Shown here piece by piece: positions 27,961 through 36,135 of a DNA stretch of 64,000 nt (position 1 is its first letter; each line of letters starts with the position of its first letter). The position numbers and the translations under genes are program-made. Origin of the DNA: a virus (lineage: Duplodnaviria > Caudoviricetes); the IMG/VR virus record IMGVR_UViG_3300014203_000012, positions 64,001 to 128,000 of that record; one strand, given 5' to 3'. The notes below the pieces were generated by a model. That model made no database searches and was not told where the DNA came from. It saw nothing but the letters and a program-made list of their open reading frames with translations.

Positions 27961-29601
27961 TTAAAATACTGGGTTGGTGATACGTTTTTCATCATCAGGA
28001 AGGATTAATGTAAGGTTATATAATGCCATCATTCCTTCATTTGTAGTCTGCATGATATTTTCTCCACCCAAAGAAATATAATGTGCTTTTGAGTTTAGTT
28101 GATTTCTAAGTTCCTCATTCGCTTCCACACTATAAACCGATTTGCATGAAATCTGGTCGCCATCATAATCACCACCTATACTCCCGAGATATGCGTTGCA
28201 TATCTGAGCTGTATCTATGAAAGTATTAGATGTATTCTTACCAATATCCTCTTGTCTAATCTTAGGATAGTGTGGATAAAATGTATTGTTTATAACCATA
28301 GGCTCTATTGACTTTGATGAACTTACTCTTATCTTTGTAGGGAATTGATTGTAATAACTATCAATAGGATATCTTGTAATAAGAACCATCTTATCTTTCG
28401 TCACTTCTACCGCTGCCATATAGATAAGATCGCACCAAGTGAAATCTCTATCCATGATTGGAAATTTAAGAATATCGTCTCCGTCTTTATATTGCTTTTC
28501 TGTTATACCTTTGCCCTTAAATCGAAGAGTTATATCTTTCTTCTCATCTTCTAATGGAAGTACAATTGGACGGAATCTATTTGAATATCCATGCATGAAT
28601 CTATCAAGTTCTTCTTTTAATATTGTATCAGAAAAAGAGATTTGATAGTCCTTCATTTTATATTGCTTAGTAGATCCATCTTTCATAATTACTTTTCTTA
28701 ATGGATCATTGGCAAATTCATTTTCAAAGAATCTGCGCATGTAAAAGATAATATAAGGAAAAAAGTTAGATACGACAGATGCTAATGGTACTGCCGTGTG
28801 GTCTAGATCGGTAATCATATCTTCCATACGCTCAACTTTAAGGTTAGGAGCTGACAGTACCAAGCGAGACGAGTAATCTGTTGTTTTGCTAAGATTGGCT
28901 CGTCTAAGTGTACCTCTCTTGCCTGGTATATTAGGTTCTGATGTGAGCCAATCATATATACTAACTAAGATCTCTTGTATTCTTCCTCTAACAGAATCTG
29001 CAAGAGTTAATCCATATTCAGCAGATTCTTTTAAAGAGTTAGTTGCTATGATTAGTGCGTTGTATAACTTATTTACATCTCCGACACCCACATATCCACC
29101 ATCACTATTTACATCGCGATAGTATGCTGGAATAACTATCATATCTTCGATAAACATTAAGTCTTTATATTTCTTCAAAAACTTAATATTGTTTTCTCGC
29201 TTAGAAGATTCAGTAGACTTGATTTTAATCTTATCAATATTCTTCTTTAAGAAGATTAATCCATTTTCCCCATCTTCATCTTCTACTAGTTCTCCAGCTG
29301 AGTTAATTTTAAAGCTACTTGTTCCGTGGACACATGCTCGAAAACGACTATCCATTTTACATAGTATTTTATACATCAGTGGATGTATAAAAGGAGTTTT
29401 GCCTAAAGAGATTGTAGCAAAGGTATTAGCCCTCTGTTCTTTTGATATACCAAATATCTCATTAGATAGGAGCCCGTCAGACGTAGGGGCGTTGTTTTTT
29501 GTGAAGAAGACGGCATTCGAAATTGATTGTACCTTATTAACTTTAATAAAATTAGACACGTTGAGTGGTTTTAATGAGAAGTATTTTTGTTCATCCGGCA
29601 T
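27961..29601 (-). CDS. rpoC: multisubunit RNA polymerase beta-prime-like catalytic subunit (probably virion RNAP)
   Basis: DGLLSNEIFG, VIPAYYRD, KTTDYSSRLV, ITRYP and catalytic GGDYDGD (DxDGD). Confidence 0.9.
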   Translation of the reverse strand: MPDEQKYFSLKPLNVSNFIKVNKVQSISNAVFFTKNNAPTSDGLLSNEIFGISKEQRANTFATISLGKTPFIHPLMYKILCKMDSRFRACVHGTSSFKINSAGELVEDEDGENGLIFLKKNIDKIKIKSTESSKRENNIKFLKKYKDLMFIEDMIVIPAYYRDVNSDGGYVGVGDVNKLYNALIIATNSLKESAEYGLTLADSVRGRIQEILVSIYDWLTSEPNIPGKRGTLRRANLSKTTDYSSRLVLSAPNLKVERMEDMITDLDHTAVPLASVVSNFFPYIIFYMRRFFENEFANDPLRKVIMKDGSTKQYKMKDYQISFSDTILKEELDRFMHGYSNRFRPIVLPLEDEKKDITLRFKGKGITEKQYKDGDDILKFPIMDRDFTWCDLIYMAAVEVTKDKMVLITRYPIDSYYNQFPTKIRVSSSKSIEPMVINNTFYPHYPKIRQEDIGKNTSNTFIDTAQICNAYLGSIGGDYDGDQISCKSVYSVEANEELRNQLNSKAHYISLGGENIMQTTNEGMMALYNLTLILPDDEKRITNPVF

Positions 29602-29671
29602 AATATATTGCTCCTTTTATATTATTATACATTATACTTATTAATAATAAGTAGGATTGGAGATGTTTAAA

Positions 29672-30718
29672 TTGGGTAGAAATATTATAGATTTGACTGG
29701 GCAGATGTTTGGCTCTTGGGAAGTATTAGAGTATGATAAATCTAGTTATGGTGCCTCATCAAGATGGAAATGCCAATGCATTAATTGTAAAAAAATAAAA
29801 AGTCTAGCATCTGGGGATTTAAGAAGTGGTAAAACTAGTACTTGCAGTTGTTCACGTAGATTAGATTTGACTGGGCAAATATTTGGAAATTGGGAAGTAA
29901 TTGGATTTGATAATACAAAATGCAAAAGAATAGTAAAATGCACAAAATGTGGAGGAGTTACTGAAATTTCAACTAATAGTGTGATATATGAAAATATTCG
30001 TTGTGTTGTATGCAATTATATAGATACCAAAATCATCGATAAAGATAAACACCACCGTACTTATTCTTTTGAAGATTTGACTGGGCAAATATTTGGAAAT
30101 TGGGAGGTTATGGGGCGCTCGTCCACTAGTACTGCAAATAGAATAGTAAAATGCACAAAATGTGGAGGGGTTAAAGAAGCAGATCTACATAGAATATCTA
30201 AGAAACCAGATACTATTTTTTGTGATTCTTGCGGAGTAAGAAATACTGCATGGGGAGGTAATTGTGCGGAATATATATCAGAATATAGAACGTGGAGTTC
30301 TATGAAACAAAGATGCTATAACCCAACTGATATAAGTTATCATAATTATGGAGCAAGAGATATAACAGTTTGCGATGAATGGATAGATGATTTCAATACA
30401 TTTTTAAATGATATGGGACCGAAGCCATCTAAAGAGTATTCTATAGATAGAATAGATGTGAATGATAACTATTGTAAATTGAATTGTAAATGGTCGGATA
30501 GGACTACTCAAGGAAATAATAGAAGAAATAATGCATATGAAACTATCAATGATACAACTCTAACTAGAGTTCAATGGTATAGACTAACCAATCAGCAGAG
30601 AACATCAGTCATATATAGAATGGAAATGAATGGTATGAATTTCGAGGATGCTTTATTTAAAACATCAAGGCTATTACAAATAGTAAAACGAGTAGATATA
30701 AATAATCCCCATTCGTAG
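29672..30718 (+). CDS. free-standing HNH homing endonuclease with duplicated Zn-finger modules
   Basis: Three DLTGQxFG modules; WSSMKQRC, YGARDITVC, SIDRIDVNDNYCKLNCKW; likely TTG start 29672. Confidence 0.88.
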   Translation: MGRNIIDLTGQMFGSWEVLEYDKSSYGASSRWKCQCINCKKIKSLASGDLRSGKTSTCSCSRRLDLTGQIFGNWEVIGFDNTKCKRIVKCTKCGGVTEISTNSVIYENIRCVVCNYIDTKIIDKDKHHRTYSFEDLTGQIFGNWEVMGRSSTSTANRIVKCTKCGGVKEADLHRISKKPDTIFCDSCGVRNTAWGGNCAEYISEYRTWSSMKQRCYNPTDISYHNYGARDITVCDEWIDDFNTFLNDMGPKPSKEYSIDRIDVNDNYCKLNCKWSDRTTQGNNRRNNAYETINDTTLTRVQWYRLTNQQRTSVIYRMEMNGMNFEDALFKTSRLLQIVKRVDINNPHS

Positions 30719-30729
30719 TATATATTATA

Positions 30730-30756
30730 TCACCCCCTTTCAATTATATCGATGTT
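30730..30756 (-). promoter_or_regulatory. late promoter plus orphan RBS pointing toward RNAP gene
   Basis: AACA TCGATA TA (30745-30756), then AAAGGGGTGA with no start codon at SD distance. Confidence 0.6.
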
Positions 30757-30770
30757 TAAGATAACAAAAT

Positions 30771-30798
30771 AAAAGGATATGCTAATGCATATCCTTTT
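30771..30798. terminator. bidirectional terminator
   Basis: aaaaggatatgc-taat-gcatatcctttt. Confidence 0.8.
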
Positions 30799-31096
30799 TA
30801 TCTATAAATCTAATATAAATATTATTTTTATGCATAGTAGCTTCTACCGTAAACTTATGAGAAAATAAGTTTACTCTTATTTTATCGTAAAATGCTTCCA
30901 TGTAAGAAATATCTGCAGTTTTATTAGGATGGAGCACATAATAACACCCACATTCATCTTCTTTCAGATCTATATTAATATCACTGAAAGTCCTGGCTAA
31001 CAGAGAGTATAGTGCGCAGTGTTCATCGAAATATTTGTACATTTCCTGTTCTTGATCTTTATGGCTAACTAATTTAGAAAAATCGTTTAGATTCAT
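30782..31096 (-). CDS. hypothetical protein
   Basis: 104 aa, RBS AGGAG. Confidence 0.75.
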   Translation of the reverse strand: MNLNDFSKLVSHKDQEQEMYKYFDEHCALYSLLARTFSDINIDLKEDECGCYYVLHPNKTADISYMEAFYDKIRVNLFSHKFTVEATMHKNNIYIRFIDKKDMH

Positions 31097-31148
31097 GGTT
31101 ATGCTCCTATCGCATCAGTTACTGCTTTATTTAAAGATAAATTATTAT

Positions 31149-31178
31149 ATAACGGGATACAAAACTGTATCCCGTTAT
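31149..31178 (-). terminator. terminator hairpin
   Basis: ataacgggataca..tgtatcccgttat. Confidence 0.75.
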
Positions 31179-31180
31179 TA

Positions 31181-31345
31181 TTATATACCCAGTGCTTCCT
31201 CATCAGCTTGAGCCTGGGCATTGGCTTTTCCAACATCAGTTTTAGCTTCTTGTATTGCTGAATAATATAGATAATGCAAGAACCCCATCGGCTGTTCTAG
31301 AGCTTCTATGAAACTAATTCTACCTTTGTAGTATTTAGTTATCAT
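31181..31345 (-). CDS. short ORF (54 aa), probable -1 frameshift extension of the upstream chaperone
   Basis: MITKYYKGRISFIEALEQPMGFLHYLY...; no RBS; frame open back to U9 run at 31392-31400. Confidence 0.7.
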   Translation of the reverse strand: MITKYYKGRISFIEALEQPMGFLHYLYYSAIQEAKTDVGKANAQAQADEEALGI

Positions 31346-31356
31346 ATTTATTCGGT

Positions 31357-32973
31357 CTAGTAGCTGCCTATAGTTAGCAACTGATGCCGTGAAAAAAAAA
31401 TTTGTAAAGGCGTTCTAGGATCTGCTGGGAAATGATGTGTGCATTTAGCTCCATTTTTAAGAGTACCATTACAATCAGCTTCAGGGATCTGATAACTGAT
31501 ATCATCTTTAAGAGTCTGTGCAATTTTAGTAACTTCAGCACCAACCAAACTGTATTGATCGGAATTAAGTTGTTTGATGATATTGTAATATGCAATAACT
31601 TTGCGGCGAACAGTTTTAGTAACATTTGTTGGATCTGGATTGGTATCGATTGGAACGATAGTATTCGATTCTTTATCAATAAGGTATACGTTTTCGATAT
31701 AAGCAAGAACACTAAGAATATCAGCATATTTAGTGCTAAACTCTTCGTCAAGTGCGCTAGTTTCGAAAATTAACCCATATACATTTGGTGCTCTGAATGC
31801 AATTGCATATTCATCTGAAATTTGCACAAGTTTTGGCTCAAGAATAGAAGGGCTAGTATCCTCACCAGTAGCTAAAAGATGTTCAAACTTAGTTTTAGCT
31901 TCATCATTCGGATATTTAATCATGCTGTCGATTTTAGTTTCTTGTAAATCTAGATTTGAACATACTGGGCAATTATACGTTACAAAATTAGATTTATCAA
32001 ACGTTGCTTTATACAAACAGAAGTACAAATGGTCGATATCAAATCCGCAAATAGTTTTTAACCATGTATCCATATTTTGTGGTTTGTTGGCATCAACAAG
32101 ATGGTTAAACATGATTGAATATGCGGTTCTAAATGCCTGCATACGATTCTTAAAGTTTTCTGGATTTAGATTTGTGATTTCTTCACCGCTTAACGCAGAG
32201 AACGTAATAAGACGTTTAGTGTTAGGAAGCGCCCACTGTGCGGTGTTTAGTTGCTTAGTGCTGTTTCTGAGAGCCTTTGTCAAAGAAATGGGTTTAGTTG
32301 AAACTCTGAATTCTTTGAGATCAACAGTGGAAGATGTAGCTTTAATTGTTTCACGAATTTGTGATTGATATGTTTTGAATATTCCTTCTTGGCGGGTATG
32401 CTCTTCCTCTTTTAGTTTCTTTTCTTCCTCAGTTTCTTTCTTATCTTCAGCAGGGTCTTCTTCCACTTCAGTTTCTTCTTCCAATTCATCGTCGCCCATA
32501 AGTTCTTTAAGATCGCTATCATCAATAGAGAACCTATTGCTATCTTCCAATGCACCAAGATCTATACTATTAAGGATTTTACTTTCAACTGATTCCATTT
32601 TTGCCGTCTGAGGTGCAGCAACTTTTATGTCGTCACCACGAGTAGGAGCTTCAGCTTCAGCTTCAATTCTTGCAGAAACCACTTTGTCTTTTAATGGATT
32701 AATAACATTTTGCAATAAGTCTTGTTTAACCCTATCCATATTATCATCGATGAGTTTCATTTCGTTTTCCTCAAACTTTTTTTGAGGTTCTACTTTTAAT
32801 ACGAAAGGAGCTATTTCTCCGATTTCCGCTTTTTCAGCGTTAGCATCTACACCACCAACCTGGGTTGGTGTAATAATTTCAGCTTTTGCTGTTGTAATTT
32901 CAGGTTCTTTTACCGTAGTACTCTTGACCCCAAGGTCTGCTAATGTAATTTTTTTCTCTTTGTCTTTTCTCAT
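31357..32973 (-). CDS. tail/baseplate assembly chaperone (T4 gp26-like core, acidic N-terminal extension)
   Basis: YNCPVC and C-terminal C..C, ends LQIFF with slippery run; next to gp25-like gene. Confidence 0.65.
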   Translation of the reverse strand: MRKDKEKKITLADLGVKSTTVKEPEITTAKAEIITPTQVGGVDANAEKAEIGEIAPFVLKVEPQKKFEENEMKLIDDNMDRVKQDLLQNVINPLKDKVVSARIEAEAEAPTRGDDIKVAAPQTAKMESVESKILNSIDLGALEDSNRFSIDDSDLKELMGDDELEEETEVEEDPAEDKKETEEEKKLKEEEHTRQEGIFKTYQSQIRETIKATSSTVDLKEFRVSTKPISLTKALRNSTKQLNTAQWALPNTKRLITFSALSGEEITNLNPENFKNRMQAFRTAYSIMFNHLVDANKPQNMDTWLKTICGFDIDHLYFCLYKATFDKSNFVTYNCPVCSNLDLQETKIDSMIKYPNDEAKTKFEHLLATGEDTSPSILEPKLVQISDEYAIAFRAPNVYGLIFETSALDEEFSTKYADILSVLAYIENVYLIDKESNTIVPIDTNPDPTNVTKTVRRKVIAYYNIIKQLNSDQYSLVGAEVTKIAQTLKDDISYQIPEADCNGTLKNGAKCTHHFPADPRTPLQIFFSRHQLLTIGSY

Positions 32974-32990
32974 TTAAATTACCCCCTATT

Positions 32991-33359
32991 TTATAATGAA
33001 TCTAATGTTTTTGTTTCTTTATCAAAGGTTAGGTTGTACACAATTTCATCTACCACGATAGCTATTTTAACTGCCTTATCTGATTCTGATATAGCAACTT
33101 CAGTGGCAATCAATTCTGGTAGGTATGTAGTCATCTGTTCTTCGATATCAGCTTTAAGCTGTTCTAAATCTTCACTAGACGAATAGCGATATCTAGACAC
33201 AATGCCAATACCCATATCAGGTCTAGTTGGAAATGTTCCCTTTTCTAATAGTATCAATTCTACAAGTTTGACGCATGTAGCATCTTGATCTTCTAAAACT
33301 TTGGGTCTGTTGAATTCATTCAACGAAAGAGTGTATTCTCTCAAAGTAACAACACTCAT
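32991..33359 (-). CDS. baseplate wedge protein, gp25/GPW-like
   Basis: LILLEKGTFPTRPDMGIGI...YLPE; AACT-N6-TA at 33387-33398. Confidence 0.8.
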   Translation of the reverse strand: MSVVTLREYTLSLNEFNRPKVLEDQDATCVKLVELILLEKGTFPTRPDMGIGIVSRYRYSSSEDLEQLKADIEEQMTTYLPELIATEVAISESDKAVKIAIVVDEIVYNLTFDKETKTLDSL

Positions 33360-33442
33360 TTAGTCACCACATCCCCTTTATAAATTTACTATTAAGTTAC
33401 TAGCGTAAAATCGTACATCATACACAAATTAATAAAACCAGA

Positions 33443-33454
33443 AACATACCAATA
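33443..33454 (+). promoter_or_regulatory. late promoter AACA-N6-TA
   Basis: AACA TACCAA TA then RBS AGGGAGG. Confidence 0.75.
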
Positions 33455-33476
33455 ATTAAAAAGGGAGGCGTACGAT

Positions 33477-33839
33477 ATGGCTAAAAGAATTGGCAGATCG
33501 AATTTAGTGGGAAAAACTTTTGGATATCGTGAAGTTCTTGAATATGATGAAAAATCTAGAGATACTGGGGCGTCTAGATGTGTATGTGGAAAAATATCCA
33601 GTGTTAGTAGCGGGTCTTTACGAGAGGCAACAAATTGTGGATGCCTAAAAATAAAAGATCTTACAGATCGAAGATTTGGAAAATTGGTAGCGATTAAGAG
33701 AGTATATACTGATAATGCATATGGTGTACATTGGTTATGTCACTGCGATTGTGGTAATGATAAAATTCAAATAGTTGAAAGGGTTCCTATATTAACCCAA
33801 ATAATAAATAGAGTTGATATAAATAATAAGGAGAGCTGA
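33477..33839 (+). pseudogene. internally deleted HNH endonuclease derivative (Zn-finger modules, no nuclease domain)
   Basis: NLVGKTFG, DLTDRRFG, WLCHCDCG then directly the C-terminal tail motifs; HNH core missing. Confidence 0.7.
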
Positions 33840-33846
33840 AAGGATT

Positions 33847-36135
33847 ATGAAAAAATATAATTGCCCATATTGCTCTAAACGTTTTTCTAGAGATGAGTTA
33901 AGTTCACACTTGGATACTGAGCATATTGAAATGATTCCAGACGGTATAACTGCTATTCAACTTGTATTTAATCTGGTAAACAAACGTGATCATGGAATAT
34001 GTGTTGTTTGTAAAAGAGCTACTGAATGGCAGGAAAATAATGGAAAATACGGTAGGTTATGTGGACGTACACAATGCGCAGACGCGTTAAGAGACGCATA
34101 TAAAAAGAATATGATTAAAGTACACGGTAAGACTACTCTATTAAATGACCCTGAAATACAAAAGCGTATGTTAGCAAATAGAGGCATCTCTGGTAAGTAT
34201 AAGTTTACTGATGGTGGATATCATGTATATACTGGCAGTTACGAACATCGTGCGCTTGAATTCATAGATAAAGTGCTAGGATTTAGCTCCAGTGAGATAA
34301 TGTGTCCAGGCCCGATATTTGAGTATGAATATAACGGGGATAAACATCAGTGGATTACCGATATGCTGATTATTCCTTTCAATCTAGTCATCGAAGTTAA
34401 AGATGGTGGTAATTCGCCAAATAATCGTACTATGACTAGTTACAGAGAAAAGCAAGTTGCTAAAGAGAAACTCATATCTGAAATTGGGACGTTTAATTAT
34501 TTGAGATTGACTGATAATGATTTCTCTCAACTGTTATTCAGTATTGCCGAGCTTAAAGCTCAAATGATTGATGATAGTGAAGATAATAAGAAAGTTATTA
34601 TCAATATCAACGAAGAGGTAGAAGCTTTACAAGAGGGTATAAATTATAAAATGATTAAAGATAAACTTATAGGATCTAAGCCTAAGAATTATAATATTAG
34701 GTTAGAGTCTTATACCAAAGCTAAAGAAGCAATATATAACTCTGCAGATGCATATGGGTTTAAAAAATATATGAGAGTATTTCCATACGATCAAAATAAT
34801 AACCAATTAACTTATTATGTATATGAAGAATCTAAAACTTGTTTATTATTTGCAGTGGATCTAAAAAGTATATCTAAAGAAGAAGATCGTAGAAATATTG
34901 TGTCGAAGATAAAAAAGTTTCTTAATGAGATAAATATTGAATGGCAAAAGATTAGCAAATTTAAAGATTTTGAAATAAAACTACATTTAGACACAGATAA
35001 ATATAAATATGGAGAATTTGCTATATATCATTATAATAAAATAAATGAAGGTATGGAATTTCTAGAAGAAATGTCTGTAGAAAGTAAATTAGATAAAGAT
35101 CATACACAAAAAGGAAATAAATCTTTATCTTCATTCAAAAAAGTTTCTATTAATTATACCGAGATTCAGAGATATAAATCGAATATGAAATCTCTATCTC
35201 ATATAAGAACCACTAGAGAATACAAAGGAACTATATTCTTAGATAAAGACAAACCAGTTTGTTATGTAAACGTAAATATTGATACTGGAATGGTGCAAGC
35301 TTTAGAAATATCTAAGGATTATCAAGGGTATGGATTATCATCCCAGTTGGTATCGTATGCAATGAATGCACTACATGCTACTTCTCTTACTGTAAATAAA
35401 AATAACGAAGTAGCAATAAAAGTATATAAACAAATGGGATTCAAGATTATTAAAAGTAGCGATACTATGATAACTATGTCTACTAAAAAGAATATACAAG
35501 AATTCATGGGATGCGCTGGTCCTGGTGGTATGCCAGGTGCTGGTCAAGGTATATACATGACGCAGTATGGACCTAAGAGTACCTTTGGAGATGATAACGT
35601 TGAAGGTTATGCAATCCATAATGATATTATTACTGATAGGATATTACTTGTTGACAAACGAGGGAATCTTACTGTAAAAGAATCTTCTTTTTTACAAGGA
35701 AGAAAGCTTAGAATATTTAAGTACGTAGGCGAGAATGCGCTTGGTTATGCAAATATCATAAGCTCAGTAAACAAAAGAGCATATAGAGAATATCTGTATG
35801 AAGCATTAACCGGAAAGAGATTATTATCTGACGATCAAGTTATTTGCGATGACTGCTTTACCGAAGTATCAGCCGCTAAAATATTTTCAGAATATAGTTC
35901 CGTTGCTCAAACTATCGTAGACCAATATAAGAAGATAATGGGAGAAGAAGTAATAAGACTTCCACTAATGAGTAAAGCTGCTATAAAAGAAGCGTCTAAG
36001 CTTCTAGGGAATAATAGGAGTATAAACGTATTTGAGAATATGAATGGATACTTTGCTGAGAACGCAGTAACTCGTGAAAGAACTGCATATTTTAAAAGGA
36101 TATGCGATATTCAGATTGAGGTGATAAAATGTTAG
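33847..36135 (+). CDS. multidomain late protein: Zn fingers + PD-(D/E)xK nuclease-like + unknown domain + GNAT acetyltransferase + C-terminal domain
   Basis: CPYC..H..H, CVVC..C..C, TD..LVIEVKDG; ALEISKDYQGYGLSSQL..NNEVAIKVYKQMGF. Confidence 0.8.
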   Translation: MKKYNCPYCSKRFSRDELSSHLDTEHIEMIPDGITAIQLVFNLVNKRDHGICVVCKRATEWQENNGKYGRLCGRTQCADALRDAYKKNMIKVHGKTTLLNDPEIQKRMLANRGISGKYKFTDGGYHVYTGSYEHRALEFIDKVLGFSSSEIMCPGPIFEYEYNGDKHQWITDMLIIPFNLVIEVKDGGNSPNNRTMTSYREKQVAKEKLISEIGTFNYLRLTDNDFSQLLFSIAELKAQMIDDSEDNKKVIININEEVEALQEGINYKMIKDKLIGSKPKNYNIRLESYTKAKEAIYNSADAYGFKKYMRVFPYDQNNNQLTYYVYEESKTCLLFAVDLKSISKEEDRRNIVSKIKKFLNEINIEWQKISKFKDFEIKLHLDTDKYKYGEFAIYHYNKINEGMEFLEEMSVESKLDKDHTQKGNKSLSSFKKVSINYTEIQRYKSNMKSLSHIRTTREYKGTIFLDKDKPVCYVNVNIDTGMVQALEISKDYQGYGLSSQLVSYAMNALHATSLTVNKNNEVAIKVYKQMGFKIIKSSDTMITMSTKKNIQEFMGCAGPGGMPGAGQGIYMTQYGPKSTFGDDNVEGYAIHNDIITDRILLVDKRGNLTVKESSFLQGRKLRIFKYVGENALGYANIISSVNKRAYREYLYEALTGKRLLSDDQVICDDCFTEVSAAKIFSEYSSVAQTIVDQYKKIMGEEVIRLPLMSKAAIKEASKLLGNNRSINVFENMNGYFAENAVTRERTAYFKRICDIQIEVIKC

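Noticed and set aside
27961-29601. Group I intron or intein in the RNAP gene as in AR9
   Set aside because: The ORF is continuous through the catalytic motif with no intein motifs; the HNH genes lie outside the coding sequence.
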